The translations under genes and the position numbers were made by a program. Shown piece by piece: positions 1-8,284 of a stretch of 10,650 nucleotides of DNA. Origin of the DNA: Chthonomonadales bacterium. Lineage in GTDB: Bacteria > Armatimonadota > Chthonomonadetes > Chthonomonadales > Chthonomonadaceae. The notes under the pieces were generated by a model. It saw only the letters and a program-made list of their open reading frames with translations, was not told where the DNA came from and ran no database searches. The stretch is taken from positions 1 through 10,650 of the forward strand of contig JBBQPO010000216.1 in the NCBI GenBank assembly GCA_038217285.1. Direction: 5' to 3'. Position 1 is the stretch's first letter. Every line of letters begins with the position of its first letter.

Positions 1-2213
1 TGGACCGGCGACTCGGTCTCCGCGTTCGCCTGGCCCTGCTCGGTCAGCAACCGGTCCACCTCCCGGCCCGCTTCCAGCGCCTCGTCGTACTGCCCGGCAT
101 GATTGAGCGCATAGACCAGAGACATCCGCGCTTCCAGCATATAATAGGCCATGCGGATAGCCTCCCGGTACTCAACGGCAGCCTGCTTGAACTGTTGCTG
201 CATGCTCAGCAATTCCCCCAGCCCGAAGTGTGCGGACGCGTCGCGGGGGTTCAGCCGCATCGCGAGACGCAGTTCGGACAGCGCCTCCGGGAACTGACGA
301 TCGTGCTTGAGATCATAACCCAACGCGAAGTGCGCGGCGGAGTCGAACGGGTCGAGTGCTACTGCCCGCCGATACTCGGCTATCGCTTCGACCGTCTTGT
401 GCCGCCTATCGAGTACGTCCCCGAGCCAGCGGTTGATCGCAGGGGCGTTGGGCATCAGGTGCTCGGCGGTGCGGTACTCCAATGAGGCTTCGCGCAGGCT
501 GGCGGGGGTGTTCTGAGCAGCCAGCGCGGCGGCCAAATTCCAGTGGAGGAGGGCGTCCGACGGCGCTTTTGCGATTTCGGCGCGCTCCCGCGAGAGGAAG
601 CCGGAAACCACCCCATCGGCCTGCGCTGCAAATCCCGCCGAACGCAGGTTCTCCGCCGCACCGATCGCCTCGCTGGAGTCGTCCCACGGCTCGGCGGCGG
701 CCAGCACGGCGATTTTGCTGAGTGCCGCCGGGTCGTCGTGCCACTTGGGCTGGTACATCTGAAGGCCCCACGCGTAAACCTCCTTTTTGTCCAGGTCCAT
801 GGTGAGCGCCTTCCCGATAGCGTCGGTGGCGCGGCCCTCATCGCCCGCGAAGGTGGCGGTTTCGGCCAGCCGTAACCAGGCGTGGCCTTCGTGTGGGTCC
901 AGCGCCGTTGCCCGCAGATCGGCATTCTCCATTCGGGAATATAGGCTTTGGAGGGTCGTCCATTCCACCGCCGAGATGTCTCCGGCCAGCCGGCCCTGGC
1001 GCAGGTCCTCCGACACATTGGAGAGAGTATAGCCGAGGGTAAGCCAGGCGTCGGGGTCGCCCGGCGCGTCACGGGTGGTCCGTAGCGTTGCCTCCAGCTC
1101 CCCCGCACGTGTTCCCCACACCCGCTGTTGCCATACGTCCGTATGGGCGAGCAGAGCACTCGCCGGATAGCGGGCGAACAGGGTCTGCGTTGCGGCGGCG
1201 TAGGGGCGGAGGGCAGCCGGCTCTTTATAGCCGATATGGGCCAGGACGAGCGCATTGTCGGGAAGTTGCTCCCGCAAGGTCTTCACCAGGCCGGTGAGCA
1301 AGACCTGATCGTTCACGGCGCGTGATCCCAGGTAGAGCATGCCGGCCGCCGGCGAGCGGGCACTGAGGCGCGCGAGAACCGAGAGGTCCGCGTCGTTGAG
1401 GTGGGCTCCCTGGCGGAACGTGTCCAACTGAGTCAGTTCGGCGGGCGACAGGGCCACGGAAGTCGGAACGCGCGGGGCGGGGACGCCAAGCCGGGCATCG
1501 AGCGCCTGCGCCATGGCCGGTAGGCCGTCGAGGACCTGCGCCTCGCTTCCGGTTTGGGTAAGCGGCAGGCCAACCGATTTGCCTTCAGGCAACTGGTACA
1601 GCCCGTAGGTCAGCGTACAGCGCTCCGGAGTGCCGTCGATCGTGCCGCACGCGGCGTGGGTCGCCCCCGTCATGGCGGCCAGCCCAATGGCCTGTTCGGG
1701 GGAAAGGCGAAAATCCTTGCGGCCCATCTCCCGTTGAGCGCGGGCCCGGGACTCCCAGAATGGCGTGCGGCCCAGTTCGGGCTGGCCCGCGGCGACCAGG
1801 TCCAGCCAGCGACCACACTCCGAGCCGAACGCCGCAAGTTCCGGGCTGCCGGCGACCGGGTCGCAGACCACCAGGCCTGCATTGGGCGGGGTGGCCCCAC
1901 GCGGAGCGGGATCGGCGCCGATGGCCCGGCGGGCGACCTCGCCGGTATCGGAGGGACGGGGCGGCAGGGGCGCGTGCTCCACCTGTCGGGAGGGCGACAG
2001 GGCGAGGGTGGCTGCAGAGGCGAACAGCGCCAGAGGGGCGGGCAGGTTTGTGGGCGCGTCCGGTATGGCGCGGAAGGCCGCGATAGGAGATAGACCAGCG
2101 TCCGTGTCCGCCGCCTGATGGCAGCCTGCGAGAAGCGGCAGGGCCACAATCAGCGCGGCAAGGGCAGAGTTTGGCCGGAGCGTTCGATTTCGAGAGCAGC
2201 AGTGCGGGCGCAT
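1..2213 (-). CDS. Tetratricopeptide-repeat (TPR) lipoprotein, partial (3' end beyond the left edge); >737 aa
   Basis: Manual translation from ATG at 2213 (minus strand, GGAGG ~6 nt upstream) is open to position 1. N-terminus MRPHCCSRNRTLRPNSALAALIVALPLLAG-C has a basic n-region, a hydrophobic h-region and a lipobox LAGC (Cys31). TPR-like units include APGDPDAWLTLGYTLS, ALDPHEGHAWLRLA, EAIAEYRRAVALDPFDSAAHFALG, EALSELRLAMRLNPRDASAHFGLG and QAAVEYREAIR. Confidence 0.9.
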   Translation of the reverse strand, partial: MRPHCCSRNRTLRPNSALAALIVALPLLAGCHQAADTDAGLSPIAAFRAIPDAPTNLPAPLALFASAATLALSPSRQVEHAPLPPRPSDTGEVARRAIGADPAPRGATPPNAGLVVCDPVAGSPELAAFGSECGRWLDLVAAGQPELGRTPFWESRARAQREMGRKDFRLSPEQAIGLAAMTGATHAACGTIDGTPERCTLTYGLYQLPEGKSVGLPLTQTGSEAQVLDGLPAMAQALDARLGVPAPRVPTSVALSPAELTQLDTFRQGAHLNDADLSVLARLSARSPAAGMLYLGSRAVNDQVLLTGLVKTLREQLPDNALVLAHIGYKEPAALRPYAAATQTLFARYPASALLAHTDVWQQRVWGTRAGELEATLRTTRDAPGDPDAWLTLGYTLSNVSEDLRQGRLAGDISAVEWTTLQSLYSRMENADLRATALDPHEGHAWLRLAETATFAGDEGRATDAIGKALTMDLDKKEVYAWGLQMYQPKWHDDPAALSKIAVLAAAEPWDDSSEAIGAAENLRSAGFAAQADGVVSGFLSRERAEIAKAPSDALLHWNLAAALAAQNTPASLREASLEYRTAEHLMPNAPAINRWLGDVLDRRHKTVEAIAEYRRAVALDPFDSAAHFALGYDLKHDRQFPEALSELRLAMRLNPRDASAHFGLGELLSMQQQFKQAAVEYREAIRMAYYMLEARMSLVYALNHAGQYDEALEAGREVDRLLTEQGQANAETESPV

Positions 2214-2261
2214 GTCGTTCCTCCGAGGCAGCCTGAGCGGTCTATACAAAAGCAGCAGATG

Positions 2262-2291
2262 ATTATGTCCGCATGTTCGCGGTCGTTTCAC
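2262..2291 (-). promoter_or_regulatory. Possible sigma70-type promoter for the TPR lipoprotein gene
   Basis: Minus strand reads GTGAAA-18 nt-CATAAT about 50 nt upstream of the start codon. Motif match only. Confidence 0.25.
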
Positions 2292-2437
2292 CACTCTCCT
2301 GCCCGAAACAGCAGGTCGATTTCATCTCACCCACACTACCTCCCGCACCTAATTTCGGTTTCAGTTTCAAAGTTAGCAGATGCACCGTCCTCTCCCACAC
2401 GGCGCTTCCATTGCATGAAGTGTTGGCGACAGGACGC

Positions 2438-2569
2438 ATGAGGCAAAAGACGATGTATCACCTCGAAGGTTGGCCGGAACCGATCCGGGATGTGCAGGCA
2501 TTTGCAGCAGAGCATCCAACCGGCGCGGTGGTGGCCCATCTCGATGCGGAAGGTTCTCCTGTTTTGTAG
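2438..2569 (+). CDS. Possible small protein or gene remnant (43 aa: MRQKTMYHLEGWPEPIRDVQAFAAEHPTGAVVAHLDAEGSPVL)
   Basis: ATG at 2438 preceded by CAGGA; protein-like composition; followed by a hairpin (AATCGCGA-aacc-TTGCGATT, ~2577-2596). No recognisable family. Confidence 0.3.
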   Translation: MRQKTMYHLEGWPEPIRDVQAFAAEHPTGAVVAHLDAEGSPVL

Positions 2570-2666
2570 GGGTTCGAATCGCGAAACCTTGCGATTGTCG
2601 CGTTGACCCGGGGGACGCCGCCAATTTCCGCGTAAATAATCCCTGGCGCTTTTCGAGATACCAGCG

Positions 2667-2689
2667 TATACTATTGACTGATCAATCAA
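2667..2689 (+). promoter_or_regulatory. Putative -10 box (TATACT, 2667-2672) followed by a TetR-type palindromic operator (2674-2689)
   Basis: TTGACTGATCAATCAA matches its own reverse complement at 14/16 positions. It sits just downstream of TATACT and ~20 nt upstream of the TetR start, the usual layout for TetR autorepression. The -35 element is weak. Confidence 0.7.
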
Positions 2690-2708
2690 ACAATCGATAG
2701 GGGACCTA

Positions 2709-3329
2709 TTGACCACGCGACGTGAGCAGATTTCGGAAGAGCGACGACAGCAGATCATCGATGGCGCGCTGAAAGTCTTTGCCGAAAAAGGCTTCGTGCA
2801 GGCGACCAACAAGGATGTGGCGGAGGCGGCGGGCATCAATTCGCCCGGCCTGATCTATCACTATTTCGCGGATAAGGCGGACCTGTTGCGCGCCATCATC
2901 GAACGGTATGGCCCGCCAATGCAGGTGCTGGCGCGGCCGGAAGAGTTTATGCAGCTTCCGCTCGAAGAGGCGCTGACGCAGTTTGGCCTCAGCTATCTGC
3001 GTCTGACGGATGACCCCAAGATCGGCGCGTCCATCCGGGTGTTGATGGCCGAAGCGTTCCATAATCCCGAGTTTGCAAAGATCCTGGCGGAGGTCGGCCC
3101 GTTGCGTGTCTGGCAGTTGCTCGCCGACTATCTGGCCCATAAAATGGACGATGGAACGCTGCGCCGCGCCGATCCGCGCATTGCGGCACGCTGCTTTGTG
3201 GGGCCGCTGGTGCTGGAAATGCTGTCGCGAAAGATCTTCAGTCTGGCGTACGATATGAGCGTCGATGCCGGCGCTCTGGTCGCAATGAATGTCGCAATCT
3301 TTGTACGCGGCATGAGCCCGGAGCGCTGA
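2709..3329 (+). CDS. TetR/AcrR-family transcriptional regulator (206 aa)
   Basis: N-terminal HTH RRQQIIDGALKVFAEKGFVQATNKDVAEAAGINSPGLIYHYFADKADLL. TTG start preceded by AGGGGA. First gene of an efflux operon. Confidence 0.95.
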   Translation: MTTRREQISEERRQQIIDGALKVFAEKGFVQATNKDVAEAAGINSPGLIYHYFADKADLLRAIIERYGPPMQVLARPEEFMQLPLEEALTQFGLSYLRLTDDPKIGASIRVLMAEAFHNPEFAKILAEVGPLRVWQLLADYLAHKMDDGTLRRADPRIAARCFVGPLVLEMLSRKIFSLAYDMSVDAGALVAMNVAIFVRGMSPER

Positions 3330-3351
3330 TCTTTTGTGCGTAAGAAATTGA

Positions 3352-3367
3352 TTGACTGAACAACCAA
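3352..3367 (+). promoter_or_regulatory. Second putative TetR operator, between the regulator and the adaptor gene
   Basis: TTGACTGAACAACCAA is 14/16 identical to the site at 2674-2689 and lies in an AT-rich intergenic gap. Confidence 0.6.
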
Positions 3368-3420
3368 CCCCAGCGATCAGACGGATAGAACCAGGGAGAA
3401 ACCTCTGGAAAAGGAGCATT

Positions 3421-5043
3421 ATGATGCCGGCGAGCAGGCAGACCGTGGATACAGCCGCCACCGAACCCTCTGGTGGGAGCGCACCCAAGCCCGGCTCCAG
3501 TCTGAAGGGAGCCGTGCCCGGCGACGACGGAGCGGGAGATAAAGCCGGCGCACATCGCAAGTTTCCCGTGCGCATCCTCATCCCCCTGGCGATCCTTGGA
3601 GCGATTGCGGCGTGGTGGTATTTCACCCGCCCCGCGCCTCAGCCGCGCAATCTAATCGCCGTAAGCGGGCGCATCGAAGGCGACGATGCCGCCATTGCCT
3701 CCAAACCCGGCGGGCGCGTGCTGGAGATCCGCGTGCGCGAGGGCGACAGCGTCAAAGCCGGTGACCTGATTGCCGTGATCGACGACGCCCAATTGCGCGC
3801 CCGTGAAGACCAGGCACGTAGCGCCCTGCAGCAGGCGGAGGCGCAGGCCCTGGTGCAGAAGCAGCAGATCCCGGTTCTGGAGCAGCAGCTGGAGCAGAGC
3901 AGGCTGGCGGTAGGGCAGGCTCGACTGGATACGCAGGGCAAAGTGTTCCAGGCGCAGCAGCAGGTGGTCGCCGCCGACGCCAATATCCTGCAGGCGGAGG
4001 CGCGACTCCGGGCCGCACGCCGACAGATCGCCGTGCTGGGGCAGCAGTTGGAGCAGAACCGCCTCGGAGTGGATCAGGCGCGGCTCGATGCCGAGGGCCG
4101 CGTCGCGCAGGCCGAGCAGCAGATCGCGGCGGCGGAGGCGACTCTGGCGCAGGCGCAAGCGCAGCACCATCAGGCCGAAGTGGATGCCAGACGTTACGTC
4201 GTGCTTGCCAACGAGGGCGCCACGTCCCGGCAGACGGCGGAGCAGTACCAGACCAATGCGGCCAGTTTGCTGGCCGTGGAGAACGCCGCGCGGAAGCAGG
4301 TCGCCGCAACCCAGGGCGCGCTGACCACGGCGCGGGCGAACCTGACGAACCCCGCAGTGCGCCGGGCACAGGAGGCGGGCACGCGGGAGCAGATCCAGGC
4401 GGCGCATGAGGATGTGGCTGCGGCCGAGGCCGAGGTGGGCCAGATGAAAGCCATGCGCGCCCAGACGGCCGGCAACCTGACCGCAACCCGCGCGGGCCTG
4501 ACCAACCCCGCAGTGCGCGTTTCCCAGGAGGCGGCCATCCGCGAACAGATCGTACAGGCGCAGTCCACGATTGCGGCCGCACAGGCGACGGCCAAACAGG
4601 CGCGTGCCAAACTGGCCGAGGCGCAGGCGGACCGTAAAGACCTGCGCGTACTTGCGCCGTTCGCCGGGACGGTGGCGACCCGCGTCGCGGAGCCGGGCGA
4701 AGTGCTGGCCCCCGGCGCGACGGTGGTCACCCTCGTGGATCTGAGCAAGGCCTATCTGCGGGGTTACATCCCGGAGGGCGATATCGGGCGCGTCCGGGTG
4801 GGCCAGGAAGCGCGCATCTATCTGGACTCCGCGCCAAACCGGTCTGTGGCCGCCGTGGTGTCCCGTATCGACCCCGAAGCCTCGTTTACGCCTGAGAACA
4901 CGTATTTCCGCAACGACCGGGTTCTTCAGGTAGTGGGAGTCAAGCTCCAGATCCGGGACGGGATCGGCTATGTCAAACCCGGCATGCCCGCCGATGGCGA
5001 AGTGCTGGTCGAGGGCGTATGGCCCGCCGGGAAGAAACGATGA
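3421..5043 (+). CDS. HlyD-family (YbhG-like) efflux periplasmic adaptor / membrane fusion protein with an elongated helical hairpin (540 aa)
   Basis: Start chosen at ATG 3421 (AAGGAG 5 nt upstream) rather than the track's TTG 3352. Features: TM anchor ILIPLAILGAIAAWWYF; SGRIEGD; lipoyl halves (GGRVLEIRVREGDSVKAGDLIAVID and APFAGTVATRVAEPGEVLAPG); long Ala/Gln coiled coil; YbhG-type EASFTPEN motif; C-terminal KPGMPADG. Confidence 0.93.
   Translation: MMPASRQTVDTAATEPSGGSAPKPGSSLKGAVPGDDGAGDKAGAHRKFPVRILIPLAILGAIAAWWYFTRPAPQPRNLIAVSGRIEGDDAAIASKPGGRVLEIRVREGDSVKAGDLIAVIDDAQLRAREDQARSALQQAEAQALVQKQQIPVLEQQLEQSRLAVGQARLDTQGKVFQAQQQVVAADANILQAEARLRAARRQIAVLGQQLEQNRLGVDQARLDAEGRVAQAEQQIAAAEATLAQAQAQHHQAEVDARRYVVLANEGATSRQTAEQYQTNAASLLAVENAARKQVAATQGALTTARANLTNPAVRRAQEAGTREQIQAAHEDVAAAEAEVGQMKAMRAQTAGNLTATRAGLTNPAVRVSQEAAIREQIVQAQSTIAAAQATAKQARAKLAEAQADRKDLRVLAPFAGTVATRVAEPGEVLAPGATVVTLVDLSKAYLRGYIPEGDIGRVRVGQEARIYLDSAPNRSVAAVVSRIDPEASFTPENTYFRNDRVLQVVGVKLQIRDGIGYVKPGMPADGEVLVEGVWPAGKKR
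3865..4182 (+). repeat. Tandem 159-nt (53 aa) intragenic duplication, ascending arm of the adaptor hairpin
   Basis: QIPVLEQQLEQSRLAVGQARLDTQGKV... (from 3865) vs QIAVLGQQLEQNRLGVDQARLDAEGRV... (from 4024); 30/53 aa identical by manual count. Confidence 0.85.
4315..4626 (+). repeat. Tandem 156-nt (52 aa) intragenic duplication, descending arm of the adaptor hairpin
   Basis: GALTTARANLTNPAVRRAQEAGTREQI... (from 4315) vs GNLTATRAGLTNPAVRVSQEAAIREQI... (from 4471); 27/52 aa identical by manual count. Confidence 0.85.
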
Positions 5044-7055
5044 CACCGGCCGGCGCGCTCAGCCAACCCGGCGCGATGCGCCTTGCCGAGGCGCTGCCAC
5101 AGGCGGCCGAACCGGGCGCCGCGATCCGGGTGCGGGACCTGTGGAAACGCTATGGAGCGGTGGAAGCGGTGCGCGGCATCTCGATCGACATCCGGCCCGG
5201 CGAGATCTTCGGCCTGATCGGTCCGGACGGCGCGGGCAAGACCTCCACGTTCCAGATGCTCAGCGGCGTCATGGAGCCGACCTCGGGCGAGATCGCGATG
5301 CTGGGCCTCTCCGCGCAGGGGGGACGTGCGCATGTCGGGTACCTCACGCAGGCGTTCAGCCTTTATCAGGACATGACCGTCCACGAGAACCTGCGCTACA
5401 TCGGGGCCATGCGCAGCCTTACCGACGCGCAGATCGACGAGCGCGGCCGGCATTACCTCGGCCTGTTCGGCATGGATCGGTTCCTGGACCGCCTGGCCGG
5501 ACGGCTGAGCGGCGGGATGAAGCAGAAACTGGCCCTCGCCTGCGCCCTGGTGGCCGCGCCGCGCGTGCTGCTGCTGGACGAGCCCACCACGGGCGTCGAT
5601 CCGGTCTCGCGCCGTGAATTCTGGGACTCGTTGGCGGACCTGTCCTCCAGCGGAATGACCATCGTGGTCGCAACACCCTATCTGGACGAGGCGGAGCGCT
5701 GCACCCGGGTCGCGCTGATGTACGACGGGAATATCCACGCGGTCGACACACCCGCCGAACTGCGCGCCGGTCTGGGCCTGAAGCGGCTGGAAGTGCATAC
5801 TCCGGACCTGCGCCATACCGAAAGCGCCCTGCGCGCCATCCCCGACATTGCGGACGTGCAGCGCTTCGGCGATCGACTGGACGTGATGGTGCAGGACGCG
5901 GAAGCCGGGGAGCGGCAGGTACGTGAGGCGCTCGAGGCCGCCAACATCCCTCTAACCTCCCTGCGCGCCGCGCCGCCGACCCTGGAGAATGTTTTTGTGG
6001 CTACGCTGCGCGCTCAACACCCCGAGAGTGCGCGGAGCGAGCCACACGTGGTCGGGCTTGAAACCCATCCGCATGCGCCGGGTGCTCTGACCGGCGACGT
6101 CGCCTCTATCGCCATCGGGGCGCGCAGACTGGTCAAGAATTTCGGCGATTTCCATGCGGTGAAGGACATCGACCTGGGCATCCGCTACGGCGAGATCTAT
6201 GGTCTGCTGGGCGCGAACGGCGCGGGCAAGACCACCACCATCAAGATGCTCTGCGGCCTGCTGGCCCCCACGAGCGGAGAGATCACCCTGGCGGGCGAGA
6301 CCGGTTCGGCGCGTTCTCCGGCCGTGCGGCAGCGGGTGGGCTATATGTCGCAGAAGTTCTCCCTCTACGACGACCTGAGCATCGACCAGAACCTGGAGTT
6401 CTTCGCCGGAGTCTACGGCGTGCCGGCTTCGGTGCGCCCGCGCAAAAAGCAGTGGATCCTGGAGTTCGCCGGCCTGACGGGCCGGGGCAAAATGCTTACG
6501 GGGGAGCTGCCGGGCGGCTGGAAGCAGCGCGTCGCCTTCGGCGCGGCCATCATGCACGAGCCGCGCGTGCTGTTCCTGGACGAGCCGACCTCGGGCGTCG
6601 ATCCCATCGCCCGCCGCGCCTTCTGGGAGGTGATCAACGATCTGGCCGACCAGGGCGTGGCCGTTCTCATCACCACGCATTACCTGGAAGAGGCGGAGCA
6701 GTGCAATCGCCTGGGCATGATGGTGGCGGGGGAACTGGTGACGGAGGGCACGCCCACAAGCGTCAAGGCGGAGCAGGGCGGCCATCTGCTGAACCTGCGC
6801 ACCGATCAGCCGCAGCGCGCCTCCAACACCCTCAAGACCCGCATGGACCGCTGGCGCGTCTCGCTGTTCGGCGATCAATTGCACGTGGTCGTGGACGAGT
6901 CGCCGGAAGACGGCATCGCGGGCCTGACGCGCATCCTGGGCGAGGCGGGGATCCAGGTGCTGGACGCGGAGGAGCAGTCCTATTCCCTGGAAGACGTCTT
7001 TATCTCGGTGGTGGAAAAGGCCCGTACGCAGGGCAAAGCGGCCGCGGAGGAGTGA
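5040..7055 (+). CDS. ABC transporter ATP-binding protein with two NBDs (YbhF-like; 671 aa)
   Basis: NBD1: GPDGAGKTS, LSGGMKQK, LLLDEPTTGVDP. NBD2: GANGAGKTT, LPGGWKQR, LFLDEPTSGVDP, TTHY. The start at 5040 overlaps the adaptor stop (ATGA); 5019 is an alternative start. Confidence 0.95.
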   Translation: MTPAGALSQPGAMRLAEALPQAAEPGAAIRVRDLWKRYGAVEAVRGISIDIRPGEIFGLIGPDGAGKTSTFQMLSGVMEPTSGEIAMLGLSAQGGRAHVGYLTQAFSLYQDMTVHENLRYIGAMRSLTDAQIDERGRHYLGLFGMDRFLDRLAGRLSGGMKQKLALACALVAAPRVLLLDEPTTGVDPVSRREFWDSLADLSSSGMTIVVATPYLDEAERCTRVALMYDGNIHAVDTPAELRAGLGLKRLEVHTPDLRHTESALRAIPDIADVQRFGDRLDVMVQDAEAGERQVREALEAANIPLTSLRAAPPTLENVFVATLRAQHPESARSEPHVVGLETHPHAPGALTGDVASIAIGARRLVKNFGDFHAVKDIDLGIRYGEIYGLLGANGAGKTTTIKMLCGLLAPTSGEITLAGETGSARSPAVRQRVGYMSQKFSLYDDLSIDQNLEFFAGVYGVPASVRPRKKQWILEFAGLTGRGKMLTGELPGGWKQRVAFGAAIMHEPRVLFLDEPTSGVDPIARRAFWEVINDLADQGVAVLITTHYLEEAEQCNRLGMMVAGELVTEGTPTSVKAEQGGHLLNLRTDQPQRASNTLKTRMDRWRVSLFGDQLHVVVDESPEDGIAGLTRILGEAGIQVLDAEEQSYSLEDVFISVVEKARTQGKAAAEE

Positions 7056-7101
7056 CCGGGAAGCAACGCATGCTCGCATTTCCCGGCTTCTGGAGGGATC
7101 T

Positions 7102-8208
7102 ATGAGACGTATTCTCGCGCAGGCAAAGAAAGAATTGATCCAGTTGCGGCGGGACCGGTTGGCGCTGGTGATGGCCATCGGTCTGCCGCTGATCCTGGTG
7201 ATGCTGCTGGGCAACGCCATCTCGTTGACGGTGACGGATATGTCCATCGTGGTGCAGGACCTGGATCAGACGCCGGTGTCACGCCGATACATCGACGCGT
7301 ATCGCACGTCGCTGACGTTCCATGTCGTTCCGCTGGCCCCTTCGGCGCGTCCGGAGTCGGCTCTGCTCAATAGCCGTGCCCGCGCGGCGTTGATCCTTCC
7401 GGAGCATTTCGAACGCGATTTGCGGCGGGGACGCAGTGTGCAGGTGCAGATGCTGGTGGACGCCACCGACGCCAACACGGCGAATGTGATTCGTGGCAGC
7501 GTCGCGGCGATCACCAGCCGCTTCGAAAGCCATCTGCACCCGAAAATAGCGGGTGCGCCGCTCCTACTGGATACACGGCTGTGGTTCAATCCGGGGCGCA
7601 AAAGCAATCTGTACATCGGGCCGGGCGCGTTTGTGGTGAGCCTTTCGCTGCTACCGCCGCTGCTGATGGCGCTCGCCATGTCGCGCGAAAAGGATGGCAA
7701 GACGATCCTGCAGGTCTATGTGTCGGGCATCTCGGCGCATGAATACCTGCTCGGTAAGATCCTCGCCTACTACCTGCTGACGACCGTGGCGTGGACGCTG
7801 GCTTTTTTGCTGGTCACCACCACGATGGGGCTGCGCGTGCTGGGCGATCCGACCATGTTCCTGGCGGGCAGTCTGGCGTTTCTTTTTGCCACGGTGACGT
7901 TCGGCGCGATGCTGGGTTCACGAGCGCCGGACCAGGCGACCGCCATCCAGTTGGTGCAGCTTATCGCCTTCATCCTGGCTTTTCTGCTGTCGGGCTTCAT
8001 CTATCCGCTGACCAATGTGCCCATCCAGATCCGGTGGATTTCGGGCATCACGCCGGCGCGCTACTATATCGACATCGTGCGCGACGCCTTTCTACGCGGC
8101 GGTGGCTGGGCGGCGGAGTGGGGACAGGTGCTCTCGCTGCTGGTGCTGGGCCTCGCGCTTTACGGCATGACCTGGCGGCAGATGCGCCGGATGCAGGTGA
8201 AGGCATGA
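7102..8208 (+). CDS. ABC-2 type transporter permease (YbhS-like; 368 aa)
   Basis: KKELIQLRRDR N-terminus, one TM, extracytoplasmic domain (VQMLVDATDANTA, WFNP), REKDGKT motif, several TMs, LSGFIYPL and PARYY. GGAGGG precedes the start. Confidence 0.94.
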   Translation: MRRILAQAKKELIQLRRDRLALVMAIGLPLILVMLLGNAISLTVTDMSIVVQDLDQTPVSRRYIDAYRTSLTFHVVPLAPSARPESALLNSRARAALILPEHFERDLRRGRSVQVQMLVDATDANTANVIRGSVAAITSRFESHLHPKIAGAPLLLDTRLWFNPGRKSNLYIGPGAFVVSLSLLPPLLMALAMSREKDGKTILQVYVSGISAHEYLLGKILAYYLLTTVAWTLAFLLVTTTMGLRVLGDPTMFLAGSLAFLFATVTFGAMLGSRAPDQATAIQLVQLIAFILAFLLSGFIYPLTNVPIQIRWISGITPARYYIDIVRDAFLRGGGWAAEWGQVLSLLVLGLALYGMTWRQMRRMQVKA

Positions 8209-8284
8209 CCTTGCTTCTGTTCCAAACGCCGGACATGCTCGGGGCTTGCTCGCGCGGGACTCGCCCCGTGGAGATGGAGACGCC

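Noticed and set aside
99-2149. Track ORFs in the left block (e.g. 99-485, 455-1255, 1554-2093, 1670-2149)
   Set aside because: All overlap the continuous minus-strand TPR lipoprotein frame and look like off-frame or antisense translations.
2568-2600. GGTTCGAATC as a tRNA T-loop or tRNA-derived att site
   Set aside because: No T-stem pairing, cloverleaf or CCA end can be built from the flanks.
3352-3420. TTG 3352 as the adaptor start codon
   Set aside because: It has no RBS and coincides with the putative operator, whereas ATG 3421 has a strong AAGGAG at good spacing.
6500-6535. Degenerate ABC signature LPGGW in the second NBD as a novelty
   Set aside because: A Pro-containing second signature is usual for YbhF-type double-NBD ATPases.
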